Shown: positions 10,249 to 21,018 of the stretch, piece after piece
Layout of the letters: every line of letters starts with the position of its first letter
Position numbering within the stretch: the first letter of the stretch is position 1
IMG/VR virus record: IMGVR_UViG_2706794911_000004
Coordinates: 32,001-96,000 of that record
Reading direction: 5' to 3' (one strand)
DNA: 64,000 nt
Origin: a virus
Taxonomy: Duplodnaviria > Caudoviricetes
Position numbers and translations under genes: made by a program
The notes under the pieces: generated by a model
Seen by the model: only the letters and a program-made list of their open reading frames with translations
What the model was told of the DNA's origin: nothing
The model's database searches: none

Positions 10249-12246
10249 CTCATATACCAATCTATTATTTACTTTTATTTTTACCTTACTGTCTAAAGAT
10301 TCTATAGACACTGTGTAGAACTGCCCCGCCACCAATGACATTTTTGTCAAGGGTGACAAAATTTTCTTCTTCACACCACCCACAACCCTGTACAGTGACA
10401 CAGGATTTAGGCTACCTTGTTTTAACTCTAGTAAATAATAGTTTGAAGAATCCTTGTAATTAAATACAATGCCAGAAATACACTCTATACCCTGCCCTAT
10501 CTCAACATCCACACTGAGCTTAAAAGAGTCACCCTCAGTACCTATAACACACATGCCTTCTTTAGATTCCATCTCGTCTCTATCGTTAAACTGCCAGTTT
10601 TTACACCAATCTTTATCTTGTATTGTCTGCTTGTTATAGCTCTCCACCCAAGGATAATAAGGATTAAATGGATCACTTGAATCATAATCTTCGGGTACAA
10701 AGAATCCATTCTCCCATTCTGAGACATCCATACCTTCTTTTAAAATGTCATCATACTTATGGATCAATCCTTGCCCTTTTGTCACTGGTATATCCTTATC
10801 ATTTGTGATGACAAAATCCTTAAACTTGTCTGATAAGATGTCGTCGACTAAACTACCTAGTTTCTCATTGTATAGCGATACCTGATGCTGTTTGGTCAGT
10901 GGTACTACTTTCTCCCTCTTGTAAATGTCTATATTTTTTCTGTTTAGCTTCTCCCTGCCCACCCATTTTGACTCTAGGTTCCTCTGTGTATTGTTTAAGT
11001 GTTTGAAGTTAGGTCTGATAGAGTCTATGGCATAGTTTTGCTTAATACTCTTATCTTCCTGCCTTATTAAGGAGTAAGCCCCGTGGTTACTCAAACCTTT
11101 GCTACGGGGCTTCAAATAAGAGCCTATAGAATGCTTCGTCAGGTCTTTGCTTTGTTGCGTTATAGCATTGTCCATATAGTGTTTTCTCAACCTGTCAGTG
11201 TTTCTTCGATGTGTAGCCATAGGTGTGAATGTTTTAAATATAGGCCTACCCTGCTCTCTACTTGCCTCCCCACCCATATTTTTTCTGAGCTTACGTCGGG
11301 GTTTCGAGTACAGTGAGGCATCGTGTGTACTAGCCTCTCTAAACGAATCCGAAGAAGATAATACAAGATCACTGTACTCAACACCTTGTTCAGCAGTCTT
11401 GGTAGCTACTATGCTACTCACAGACTCAACCAATATAGTAAAATCCCTGCCAAACTGTTTACTAGTCACAAATTCTCCTTCGTGTTCATTATCAGACACA
11501 GCTAAGTCTACTAGACCAGCTATGTGTTCGAGTGGTCTGTCACTAGACAGTGTGTCACTGACTGTTGCTTGCAAGCTATAGTCTCGGTCAAGCAAATAGC
11601 TACTTTCAGTTTTATACCCCATTTGTAAATCACTTCGTAAGATGTCAGTGACACTAGCAACCTCGCCACCAAACGTGTTTACACGCCCAGGACTTATATG
11701 GCTCTGAACGTCACACCCCCGTATGTCAATTAAGCTCGTTACAGCTTTACTTAAAACACTGTGCCACTCTGTAGAATCTCGCTGAAACATATCTATAGAA
11801 TTATTAATAATCTGCTTACTTGAAGAATATGCATCTACATAGATGCTCTGAAAATGCAGGTTTCTCTCCAGATCCCCCCGCAAGTTATCCTTTTCGTCAG
11901 AGATACCACGCTTGTATATGTCTCTTGTAAACTGCTTGGGGTAAACCTTACTGCAGCCTAACTCTTTTTTAGACACCCCTAACAGATTAGAAAAGGTTGA
12001 CCTCCTAAAATTATCCAAAGTCACAAACCCGCCATCACTTGCTTCAAGCATATCTGTAAAGTAGCCAGCCAGAATAGGCTCGTCTAAACGCTTACCAATA
12101 AAGTAGTCAAGCATTAAAAGACTAGGAAACTTAGATATTGGTATATAAGCGAACTCGAAACCATCTTTTAATGTAGGGGCTGAAATCTTAAAAACATAGC
12201 TTTGATTGGAAACATAGTAGTCTATTAGTTTAAAGTTATAACTCAA
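10237..12246 (-). CDS. Virion protein with repetitive central region and C-terminal ConA/DUF1080-like domain
   Basis: GIVFNYKDSSNYYLL...IKVNNRLVYEF at the C-terminus. Confidence 0.55.
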   Translation of the reverse strand: MSYNFKLIDYYVSNQSYVFKISAPTLKDGFEFAYIPISKFPSLLMLDYFIGKRLDEPILAGYFTDMLEASDGGFVTLDNFRRSTFSNLLGVSKKELGCSKVYPKQFTRDIYKRGISDEKDNLRGDLERNLHFQSIYVDAYSSSKQIINNSIDMFQRDSTEWHSVLSKAVTSLIDIRGCDVQSHISPGRVNTFGGEVASVTDILRSDLQMGYKTESSYLLDRDYSLQATVSDTLSSDRPLEHIAGLVDLAVSDNEHEGEFVTSKQFGRDFTILVESVSSIVATKTAEQGVEYSDLVLSSSDSFREASTHDASLYSKPRRKLRKNMGGEASREQGRPIFKTFTPMATHRRNTDRLRKHYMDNAITQQSKDLTKHSIGSYLKPRSKGLSNHGAYSLIRQEDKSIKQNYAIDSIRPNFKHLNNTQRNLESKWVGREKLNRKNIDIYKREKVVPLTKQHQVSLYNEKLGSLVDDILSDKFKDFVITNDKDIPVTKGQGLIHKYDDILKEGMDVSEWENGFFVPEDYDSSDPFNPYYPWVESYNKQTIQDKDWCKNWQFNDRDEMESKEGMCVIGTEGDSFKLSVDVEIGQGIECISGIVFNYKDSSNYYLLELKQGSLNPVSLYRVVGGVKKKILSPLTKMSLVAGQFYTVSIESLDSKVKIKVNNRLVYEFNF

Positions 12247-12264
12247 TTACATCACCCACCTGAC

Positions 12265-12290
12265 GAAAAAGACTACCTTTAGGTAGTCTT
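12265..12290 (-). terminator. Intrinsic terminator
   Basis: aagactacct-tt-aggtagtctt hairpin with A-tract on + strand. Confidence 0.65.
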
Positions 12291-13380
12291 AGTATCTGAC
12301 TTCTGCTAGTAGAGCTACCGCAGTTCCTTGATTCGGAGAGAGCTTATAGAAATTCTGTTCAGTGTTTATGTCAAAGTATCTGAAAACTTCTTGCTTCCAC
12401 TTCTTGTCTGGATACTTGCACACATCCACATCTATAATAAGTTTATCCATATGGAGTATATTGTGTCTTATAACGGATATACAGTCAAATAGGTGCCCTC
12501 TGTAACCTTCATATGGGTGGGCTACGTATATAGGAGATAAGTGGTACTTATCCGTCCACCTAGACGCTTGATAGCCTTGTGCTTCTAGCTCAAGACCCGT
12601 ATCACCCAAAACTGAATCTACAAATGCATTACCTGGCTTAGGTGCCTGCGTTATAAAAGCAGGGTAATGTTTTTGGAACCTTACTCCTGATTTAGTACCT
12701 AACATCTGGAAAGTATTATTACCTGGTGAGGTATACACCCCGAAATACTCAGAAGGTGTTTTAGATTGAAGCTGTGCCATAGTAGGCTCCACGTTAACAC
12801 ACCCCGCAGTAAGTAGTACGTTGCCGTCGATATCATCTACATTACCTTCAAAAGTAACTATTTCACCAGCATACATAAAAGATTTTCTGTAATCATTAAA
12901 GTTAACAACAGGGTCAGCTACGATAACCATAGCTAGTCTTTTATTTGTGATATTCAAAAAGACATGCAAAGCACTTTCTTTTGACCTCTCTGTATTAGCT
13001 ATGCTCTCATTCGCACACTGATACTTGGCAACTGGACCAGCATTACCAAATGTGCTGGTACCTTCATTATAGTTCTCCAAAACCTGCACACTGAACGTGG
13101 CATAAGTGCTATCAGAGGCTAAAGTCTCATTAAAGAATTTAACATAGAATACTTTACCTACTTGCCCGTCCGCCACTCCCCTTTTGAATATAATAGAAGT
13201 AATATTACCATCTGTGTCAGTTTCGCTAGACTGTACAGTCCATACGTTATTTTCAGCAGTCTCGCCAGCATCTGCATTAAAAGGGTATGCTGTGAGGTTA
13301 TCTACTACTTCTTCTTTCAAAAAATTTAAAAATCGCTTAGCTTTGACATCGTATTTCTCCACCCACTTAAAATGAGCCAT
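12289..13380 (-). CDS. Virion structural protein, paralog of the C-terminal half of 13397..15205
   Basis: Shared motifs KSG.{2}FQ.{3}PAF.T, SPIY, YEGYR, EV[FY].{2}F. Confidence 0.65.
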   Translation of the reverse strand: MAHFKWVEKYDVKAKRFLNFLKEEVVDNLTAYPFNADAGETAENNVWTVQSSETDTDGNITSIIFKRGVADGQVGKVFYVKFFNETLASDSTYATFSVQVLENYNEGTSTFGNAGPVAKYQCANESIANTERSKESALHVFLNITNKRLAMVIVADPVVNFNDYRKSFMYAGEIVTFEGNVDDIDGNVLLTAGCVNVEPTMAQLQSKTPSEYFGVYTSPGNNTFQMLGTKSGVRFQKHYPAFITQAPKPGNAFVDSVLGDTGLELEAQGYQASRWTDKYHLSPIYVAHPYEGYRGHLFDCISVIRHNILHMDKLIIDVDVCKYPDKKWKQEVFRYFDINTEQNFYKLSPNQGTAVALLAEVRY

Positions 13381-13396
13381 TTTGCATTCCTCCAGA

Positions 13397-15205
13397 CTAA
13401 TTATTTTTTACTTCCTTGAGTATTGCTATTGAGGTGTTAAATGTAGTAGGTGACTTACTAAACATATTAATGTGTGTGTTCAGACTGAAAAATTTATAGA
13501 CTTCTGTTGTGTTACCTATCTGCATTTCTAGTTCCTCGCCGTCGATCATATTGTGGTCATGTATTGCTACAACACCATACAAGTTGCATCTGTAACCTTC
13601 ATAAAAATTGACTAAATATATTGGACTTGAGTGTATCTCCTCCGTCCAAAGAGAAGCATTAAAACCATGTATATCTAGTACTAGTCTCTGTAGTGGGCTA
13701 GGTATAGTTCCCACCGTTGGGTAATTTGGTAAGTGTGTCAAGAAGGCAGGGTGATACTCTTGGAAGTATAGTCCTGATTTACCTTTAAACATCGATACTG
13801 AATCCATCCCATTAGAAGAATGTCTACCAAATGCAGAGTAACTATTATTCTTTGTCTTATCTATATTATTATAAGTCATACCTGCTTTTGCTGCTGTTAA
13901 CTCACCTGTCCCCGCCGTTACCGCAAAGTTTCCTGTAGATGGTGTAGTAGCTAGGTCCTCTGTCATCCCTATATATACTAAGTTTCTATAATAGTTATCT
14001 ATACCATGACTAGGGTCCCCTTGTAAAATCATTACCAGTCTACTATTATCCACACTTATATAATAGTCCACCGTAGAGAAGAAAGGGCGTTTCTTATCTG
14101 CTATCCACGATTCTGTGTAGTCAGCACTAGTAAACGCCAACGTGTTTGGACTAGTGAACCCGTCTACAATGTTAAAGACTCTAGGTACAAAATGGTTAGA
14201 TTCATATACTTGCCGCTCCCACGCTAAGTATGCTTCATACTGGTCAATCACTACTGGTGTCTTACCTGCCCCTACTGTACTTAAGTCACAAGCCTTATTA
14301 TACGTATTCACCGCATACTGGTTATCCGAGCTAGGTACTATGTCACCTTCTACCGCAAAACCATACCTGATCTTGAAGTAATTAGCATTGTCTTCTGGCT
14401 GTTCTAAAAGTACGTTTACGATCTCGCCGCCCTCATGCTGTAAAACCCCTATAGCAGGTATAGAGTTGTGGGTAGGAGTAAACCTGTTAAGGGTTACTGT
14501 ATAAGTGCTTACTATCAAAAGGTTAATAGACAGGTTTGACCATTTACCATCGCTGTATTCTCTGTATCTGTGCAAAAGAAAGTTAGAACCCTTGCTCCTC
14601 AAATATAGGTAGTACGTCCAGTCGTCAGGCATAGGTGCTAATAGTTTAAACTGATTCCAGTTAACGTCCTCAACTTCATTGCCTGTGTAGTCTATTCTTG
14701 CGTGCTTTACCACATACGCCTGATACTTTTCCCAAGGGTTGCTGAACGTGCTCTCTGGGAAATTAGGCTGCATATCCACCAAGGTTACTAAAGCATCAGG
14801 TATATTATAAACTGTTCCTCCATGTGTAAAGCTCTTCACGTTTACTTTTCTGCCTGTTCGATACGACTCGTCATACCCTGTATAAGGTGTGTCAGGAGAC
14901 AGTTCCCATACGTACCCGTTATCATCTACATGATTTGTCTGCGTACCTAATTTGTTTATCCTAGATAAGCCGCCACCTGTGTGAGTATAGTCTACAGTTG
15001 TGTTTTGTGTGTAAAGTGTATAAGTAATCCAGTCTCTTTGAAGCTCAGTGAATATTTTTTTCCACTTGTTAGTCTCTGTCCCCCCGCCCGCAATAGGTAT
15101 AGTTGAAGCAGAAACTTTCTCCACAATATCCTTTACTAGGCTGTTTACTTGTGAGGTTTCTGTAATCCAAGCACATGGTTTATTAGGTGTTAAACATTCG
15201 TTCAT
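13397..15205 (-). CDS. Virion structural protein
   Basis: 602 aa; C-terminus paralogous to the neighbour. Confidence 0.65.
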   Translation of the reverse strand: MNECLTPNKPCAWITETSQVNSLVKDIVEKVSASTIPIAGGGTETNKWKKIFTELQRDWITYTLYTQNTTVDYTHTGGGLSRINKLGTQTNHVDDNGYVWELSPDTPYTGYDESYRTGRKVNVKSFTHGGTVYNIPDALVTLVDMQPNFPESTFSNPWEKYQAYVVKHARIDYTGNEVEDVNWNQFKLLAPMPDDWTYYLYLRSKGSNFLLHRYREYSDGKWSNLSINLLIVSTYTVTLNRFTPTHNSIPAIGVLQHEGGEIVNVLLEQPEDNANYFKIRYGFAVEGDIVPSSDNQYAVNTYNKACDLSTVGAGKTPVVIDQYEAYLAWERQVYESNHFVPRVFNIVDGFTSPNTLAFTSADYTESWIADKKRPFFSTVDYYISVDNSRLVMILQGDPSHGIDNYYRNLVYIGMTEDLATTPSTGNFAVTAGTGELTAAKAGMTYNNIDKTKNNSYSAFGRHSSNGMDSVSMFKGKSGLYFQEYHPAFLTHLPNYPTVGTIPSPLQRLVLDIHGFNASLWTEEIHSSPIYLVNFYEGYRCNLYGVVAIHDHNMIDGEELEMQIGNTTEVYKFFSLNTHINMFSKSPTTFNTSIAILKEVKNN

Positions 15206-15627
15206 TAAGCATCACCATCCGACCTTAAAAATTTTACATTGTACCATACACTCTTCTCCCCAGTATTTACACTAGTGAAAACAAATTTCAGCACAGCATT
15301 AGGCTCCAGTGGGTATACAATACCGAAACTATTACCCATTGATACACTCTCAGGCAGTTCTTTAGTATATATTGTTTCACATACTTTAACATCACCTATA
15401 TAGAAATCCCAATAGTCACCCTTACAGTAATCACTACAGGCAAAGGCAACAGATAGGAACTCTGTATCGAAAGGTAAAGAAAAAGTATCTTCATACGTAC
15501 CCGCACCGTTTACCGCAATCATCCTACCTTTAATGTACGGGACAGTAAGTTTTGAAAAATGTGGGTAAGGTAGCTGTCTTACTTTATCAACTACCCCGCC
15601 CGATAAATAACTAACATTAAATGACAT
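15205..15627 (-). CDS. Small virion/baseplate protein
   Basis: 140 aa, RBS GGAGG, coupled to the next gene. Confidence 0.6.
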   Translation of the reverse strand: MSFNVSYLSGGVVDKVRQLPYPHFSKLTVPYIKGRMIAVNGAGTYEDTFSLPFDTEFLSVAFACSDYCKGDYWDFYIGDVKVCETIYTKELPESVSMGNSFGIVYPLEPNAVLKFVFTSVNTGEKSVWYNVKFLRSDGDA

Positions 15628-15648
15628 ACGTAAACCTCCCCATTCTTG

Positions 15649-16071
15649 CTACCTTTTTACAACTTTGTTTCCTTCTAAATTGCCATCCTTAGCGTAGTCT
15701 AAACCTATATAATAGTCAGTAATAACATCTGACGAAGGAGAAAGAAATGTTATTACTACATAGTTAAGCCTAAAGTGTCTGTAGTACTCATATTCTTGCT
15801 TACGCATGTTTTCGGGGTAGGTATTTACATCATCATTACCTAAACCTAATGTCACCTGCTCTACATGACCTGATTCATACGTAAGCTCTATACTAGTTAC
15901 AGTGTCTTTGTCTAGAGGATGTTCCCTATACAGCTTTACATTAGGCATACCTAAACTAGAATCAGGTGTGATTTGCCTTACTTCCTTTCTTATTAAATCC
16001 AGGATTGGGTAGATAATATTCTCATTAGGTACTGCTCTGATCATTATACGATCACGTCCTCTCCCGCCCAA
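15649..16071 (-). CDS. Hypothetical protein (start probably near 16044)
   Basis: ORF between hub and baseplate genes. Confidence 0.55.
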   Translation of the reverse strand: MGGRGRDRIMIRAVPNENIIYPILDLIRKEVRQITPDSSLGMPNVKLYREHPLDKDTVTSIELTYESGHVEQVTLGLGNDDVNTYPENMRKQEYEYYRHFRLNYVVITFLSPSSDVITDYYIGLDYAKDGNLEGNKVVKR

Positions 16072-18713
16072 AATAAGTCGAGTGTTTGTGTATACTCACC
16101 ACTTTCAGCATCGTACGCATCCTGTATGCCTTTGATTGTGTAAGTGGCATATGTGGACGTGTTTCTATCTGTTACATCTATTCTATCTAGCACATCAAGT
16201 GCAGGATTTCCAGGGATACGCACCTGTAACGTTCTAGCTACTCTCTTCATGTCTAGAAAAAGTCTCTGAGCTACCTGTCTTTTCATTTCTAATGTATCCG
16301 CCCAATCAAGCTGTACCACAGCAGTCCTTACCTCACCTTTCAATTCCATCAGCAATTCTTTATCTACAAAACTCTGAGGCTTACCATCACTACCCACGAT
16401 AATTATATGACTTCTAACCCTTGAGTAGTCAGTGTTCTTTGATATACTCATTAGGTTCTCTGTACAGTCTACTGACTCTACAACAGGGTTATTGAAGCGT
16501 ATAGGCTCCAGTCTAAAAGTACCATACCTGTCGCAGTATGCCCTGTAATTTGTGTCCTTTAGCACCTCAACTATACAGTCTGAAACCCTAGCAGAAAACT
16601 GATCGAAGCTTCTACCATATGCTTCTACATAAGGATTTTTCCATCCTTGTGGAGTAGGTATTGAATCAATAGGCACTGCTTCAAACTGCCCCTCCTCGCC
16701 CGGTACCGCTTTTAGTACAGTACCCGCCTTTTCATTAATCTGTATTATATATGATTCCTCTATTACAGCATCTGGGTACCTTAGATCATCTGCAACTACC
16801 CGCCACCCAATTAACCCTGCATGTGCTATAAGATCATGTATAACAGCCGATTTAAGCCACGCCACCTTCTCTATGTCTAAGATCTCAAAGTCAGGTGTGT
16901 CGTCCTCTAGAAAGTTAACGTCAGGGTAATTCTTATCTTCTGTCAGTACCTTATCTACAGCCTTTTTGTACATATCCCTAGCTGTAACTGTGAGTGACAC
17001 ACCCTCACCCACCTCATCTGTCCTATCTATAAGACCTGTAAACACCCTCACTAAGTGGCTACCGTAGCCTAGATAAATTCTAATTGGCGTGTTATTACTT
17101 AGAACACCTATCAAATAATTACCTGCCCAGTAAGTGAAAACACTTTTTAGATTTAATTCTGGAAAGTAAAATGGACTATGCGTAGGGCTGTATGAACCAT
17201 TCTCGTTGGTGATAGTGACAGATGCACCCGCAGTCTCTTGATCCAGTGAATTGTTAACACTTACACTGGTTACATTATCTAGTGTACGTGTGTCCATATA
17301 GACAAAGTCGCCCACCACTATATCCATCTTGTTAGACACTTTATTAAACATAATGTCGTCTATCTCTTCCTCCACCCAATAGCCTTGCTGTATTGTGCTA
17401 CCACCACTTGTAGGGTCTAACTGCTCTGCTGTCTTGTTTCTGCTAACACTCATAGAGCCTAGTTCTTGTACCTCAATGTATCCGATAGAAAGCTTTTTAG
17501 TGCCAAACCGCGGTGCATAATTAGTCGGCAGTGCGTCATGCTTGCCACCAAAAACTACCTCAATACGTATAGTGACTTCGCCTCTAGGTACATAGATATC
17601 TTTTAGCTCCTGTATATTATCTAGTCCTTCAAATGTACCTAGATTAACCGAAGCATCATTTGAGTTACCAACAAACACTCTAAAACGGTCTCCCTCAGCG
17701 TACTTAAAATCTGACCTTACCACTAAATTCATAAAACCAGCATTAAGCATGTTTAAAGTGATGTTAAAGCCAGTTGTTATTTTCTGCTGTAGCTGCTTAA
17801 AACCAAATGTATAAGTCAGCCAGTTGCCTCTTTCCCTATTAGTTATTGTCTCGTAGGTGACCAAGTCGTTAAAGTTAGTATCTATAGCGTACCTTGAAAG
17901 TGTATGCCAGTTACGTGTTGCGAAGGTTTCATACAGCCTTAACTCTCCAGGGTAACCTTCTATCTCCTCACCTACTGATGCCCCGCCTCCCACATTTTGA
18001 ACACTTTTGTAAGCTTTTGCCGAACCCACTAGATAGGGTTCTGGGTTTACAGTCACATAAGTATTGTTAATGCTTTTGTGTACTTCAAAGTGTAGATGTG
18101 CACCAGCCCCTGCTGCCCTCTCTGCAGCAGAGGGAACCTTACCTTTACTCCTAACATTACCTGTGTTACCTAGTGTACCTATGATAGCACCAGCACTCAC
18201 TTCTTGACCTGTTGTGACTGAAACTGTATTAAGGTGAGCATACCTAGATAACAGACCATTAGGGTGTAATATATCTATATAGTTTCCATAACCTGTAGTA
18301 CTGTTAGAATATACAACCTTTTTAACTTTACCCGCCCACACAGCTACTAGTGGTGCTTTGAAAGTACCACTGGCCAATACATAGTCAACACCTGTATGTG
18401 AAGGTCTTGAAGATGTCTTATAGCCGCTGGTTTTTGTAGCTGTCTCGTGTGTGTGCCCGTGTATGGGAAAGACTGCCGATGCACCTTGTAGCTGTGTAGT
18501 GCCATCAAAATCACCTGACCCGTCACTAGCTATCCACCTCTGCTGTACCTTCTTTATCTCTTGTATATCAAAGGTGGTGAAGTCAAGCGTTTCTACCCTA
18601 CCCGGCACGTAGGACAGACGGTCTACTTCAACTACGCACCTTGGTCTTGCTTGGCTACCTGCTTTAAGTCTATTTCTTATTAATTTTTTGAACTCATCTG
18701 TTATAAGTTGCAT
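16044..18713 (-). CDS. Baseplate hub/tail-associated lysin with M23 peptidase domain
   Basis: HTGVD...GYGNYIDILH...YAHL...HLHFEV M23 motifs; C-terminal IPGNPALDVLD hub-like end. Confidence 0.8.
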   Translation of the reverse strand: MQLITDEFKKLIRNRLKAGSQARPRCVVEVDRLSYVPGRVETLDFTTFDIQEIKKVQQRWIASDGSGDFDGTTQLQGASAVFPIHGHTHETATKTSGYKTSSRPSHTGVDYVLASGTFKAPLVAVWAGKVKKVVYSNSTTGYGNYIDILHPNGLLSRYAHLNTVSVTTGQEVSAGAIIGTLGNTGNVRSKGKVPSAAERAAGAGAHLHFEVHKSINNTYVTVNPEPYLVGSAKAYKSVQNVGGGASVGEEIEGYPGELRLYETFATRNWHTLSRYAIDTNFNDLVTYETITNRERGNWLTYTFGFKQLQQKITTGFNITLNMLNAGFMNLVVRSDFKYAEGDRFRVFVGNSNDASVNLGTFEGLDNIQELKDIYVPRGEVTIRIEVVFGGKHDALPTNYAPRFGTKKLSIGYIEVQELGSMSVSRNKTAEQLDPTSGGSTIQQGYWVEEEIDDIMFNKVSNKMDIVVGDFVYMDTRTLDNVTSVSVNNSLDQETAGASVTITNENGSYSPTHSPFYFPELNLKSVFTYWAGNYLIGVLSNNTPIRIYLGYGSHLVRVFTGLIDRTDEVGEGVSLTVTARDMYKKAVDKVLTEDKNYPDVNFLEDDTPDFEILDIEKVAWLKSAVIHDLIAHAGLIGWRVVADDLRYPDAVIEESYIIQINEKAGTVLKAVPGEEGQFEAVPIDSIPTPQGWKNPYVEAYGRSFDQFSARVSDCIVEVLKDTNYRAYCDRYGTFRLEPIRFNNPVVESVDCTENLMSISKNTDYSRVRSHIIIVGSDGKPQSFVDKELLMELKGEVRTAVVQLDWADTLEMKRQVAQRLFLDMKRVARTLQVRIPGNPALDVLDRIDVTDRNTSTYATYTIKGIQDAYDAESGEYTQTLDLFWAGEDVIV

Positions 18714-18725
18714 ACTCCCGCCCCT

Positions 18726-20132
18726 TTACAAGAACCTATCCATGCATAATTTTCTAAACCTGTTTAAAATACTTGCACCCTCCGCCCTAGTTATGTGTGT
18801 ATAAGGAAGAAACCACGTTTCTGTGTCACCTGAACCACTTATAGGGTTGTAGTCATTATCTACGTGAACCACTTTCTGCCCTTCATGGGTAGAGGTACTT
18901 GTAACAGGTGTACCTGACACCATTTTAGATCCATCCGAGAGTACCTCATTCTCAAGATCGAGTATATGAGATGCCCACCACGATCCACTAGCAGTACCTA
19001 TTACATCAATGTAACTTGAGGTGGCTGTATTGTAGTACTTGGTATCCTCCCCCACATCTACTAAGGTGTCACTCTTAGACCTTTCGTAAAAGTATCTTAT
19101 CGTGTCAACACTAGATAGTGGGCTATTCAGTGTAACTGAGTAATCACTTGTTTCAGTATAGTCAGCACTGTAAGTTAATAACGTACCATTTTTCCACACC
19201 TTTAGCTCATTTTTACCTGATGGGTACTTACCATTTGTAAGAAAAGCTACCTGACCCTCATAAGCTGTAAAGGTCTCGTCTATCACTCTAGACGGTGGTG
19301 TTACATCAGTAAATCTTTGGTACATTATCTTCATTAGCTTATTAACAAGTATAAATGCCTCTGCTCTATTTATCTGTGCGTTAGGGAAAAACCTATTTAA
19401 AAACAGCACCTTTGCAGAAGTAGGCTTGAAGGTCTCTGTTGTCTGCGCGTAACTATCCGTAGTAGAGTAAGTTATGCTACATGTCACATTGTTCAAGTTA
19501 TATGGTACATACATTACACCTTGTGGTGATATTGTATAAACATCAGTATTATACTTTATTTTAGCCTCTAACAGATTCTGTACATTCCCCGCCCAATCAG
19601 CATCCGATATATCTATTCTTCTTAAAAGCTTACCGAAAGCAGTAACCTGCTCATGTAAGTTGCGCGAAAACTTATCGTACTTATAGTTAACTGCTTTACT
19701 TAACGTATACGAAGGATAACTTGCACCAGACGTATCACCATATGGCTTTCCGAACCTATCCACACTAGGTGTCCCTAGGCTGATGAATGATCCTACTGCA
19801 CCTTGCCTAGCTGGTGAATACAGCGTGACTTTCGTCTGTCCGCCCTCCTGTTCTACACTTTTGTAAACTGTCTGAACACCATCTATATATACAAATAATG
19901 GATTATCTGAGGTAGGTACTATACTTACATCAAGGGTAAAAACACTTTGACCCTGCGAAGTTATTTCTGTATATAAATAAGGCGAGCCTCCCTCAAAGGC
20001 ATTATAAGGTATACTGGCGATTAGAAAGCCGCCATCCTCATCCTGTATATTACTTGCTTCTGTTACATCTTTAAAAAACCAATCACCAGGTTGCACATCT
20101 AACCATGCCACACCTACCACCCCCTGTACCAT
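18726..20132 (-). CDS. Tail protein with SLH-like motifs
   Basis: FFPNAQINRAEAF and FLPYTHITRAEGASILNR SLH signatures. Confidence 0.7.
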   Translation of the reverse strand: MVQGVVGVAWLDVQPGDWFFKDVTEASNIQDEDGGFLIASIPYNAFEGGSPYLYTEITSQGQSVFTLDVSIVPTSDNPLFVYIDGVQTVYKSVEQEGGQTKVTLYSPARQGAVGSFISLGTPSVDRFGKPYGDTSGASYPSYTLSKAVNYKYDKFSRNLHEQVTAFGKLLRRIDISDADWAGNVQNLLEAKIKYNTDVYTISPQGVMYVPYNLNNVTCSITYSTTDSYAQTTETFKPTSAKVLFLNRFFPNAQINRAEAFILVNKLMKIMYQRFTDVTPPSRVIDETFTAYEGQVAFLTNGKYPSGKNELKVWKNGTLLTYSADYTETSDYSVTLNSPLSSVDTIRYFYERSKSDTLVDVGEDTKYYNTATSSYIDVIGTASGSWWASHILDLENEVLSDGSKMVSGTPVTSTSTHEGQKVVHVDNDYNPISGSGDTETWFLPYTHITRAEGASILNRFRKLCMDRFL

Positions 20133-20187
20133 TAGTATAGTACAAAAGTAGAATACTATATCAGCCTTCTACCTTATTTTAGAGAAA

Positions 20188-20877
20188 CTATTTCTTTACT
20201 CGCTTTATTGAGGTGGGGGAGATTTTTATATCATTCATGCTGTCATATATCTTTTGTATGCCGTTCTTGAGTACACCAATTGACTTGAATCCATCGTCCG
20301 ACTCAACAACTTTAAAGTAGCTCTCACCTGTCTTATTAACCTCCGTTATAGTTTTGTGTAGATAACCACTCATTTTAGCCCACGTACTTATCTGTCCACG
20401 TTTAACACCGAAGGTCTTTGTTAGATCAGTTAAGCTAACAGTACCTGTTCTGTCTATTCTCTTCTCTTCTCAGCTAATGCCAAAAGGTTTTTGTTCTTCT
20501 ATGGTGCCCTGCAGTTGAGATATCCGGGATTCTGCCATCTTTAACGCCCTAGCCATCACAACTTCTGGACTATTCCATTTTTTCTCCAGCTCTAGAAAAT
20601 AGCTCCTGTATTCATGTGACTTTGCTGTACGTGCCATCATAGCAATATGCTTCGCAAATTCCAGAGATACTGCAAAATCAACAGTTTCATTACCGTTCGC
20701 CATAATGGCGAACCCCACCCAATGTACGTTTTCTGGAAAAAATTCATTCTGCACGATGTTCTGCTCACTCCACCTTTTCCAGTGTGTCCTATTAAGACCC
20801 AAACCTAAATATAGATCCTTTGCACTTACTACTTGTTCCAGATTTTCATTTGCTGTTACTTTAATTAATTAATTCAC
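20188..20877 (-). pseudogene. AntA/AntB-type antirepressor, interrupted
   Basis: GTG-AAT-TAA (stop at codon 3), then LIKVTANENLEQVVSAKDLY...AKHIAMM...YFLELEKKWNSPE; in-frame TGA at 20470-20472; same frame continues to 20188. Confidence 0.75.
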
Positions 20878-20918
20878 TTAACCAATCCCTCTCAAAATAT
20901 TATTTTACTGCTTATGTT

Positions 20919-20948
20919 TATATACTGGTGCAGTAGGCAAAAGTTAAG
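20919..20948 (-). promoter_or_regulatory. Phage-specific promoter CTTAACT-N15-AGTATATA
   Basis: Consensus match upstream of the antA-like gene. Confidence 0.65.
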
Positions 20949-20956
20949 GGGATTAA

Positions 20957-20988
20957 TAAAAAAATCCCGCCACACGTGGACGGGAAAT
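20957..20988 (-). terminator. Intrinsic terminator after distal-tail gene
   Basis: tcccg-ccac...gtgg-acggga hairpin with A8 tract on + strand. Confidence 0.55.
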
Positions 20989-21018
20989 TCAAAAGTAATA
21001 TATAATGTAGAAATAGTT

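Noticed and set aside
20470-20472. Selenocysteine at the TGA in the antA-like gene
   Set aside because: Not a Cys-type position, no evident SECIS, and the gene also has a TAA at codon 3
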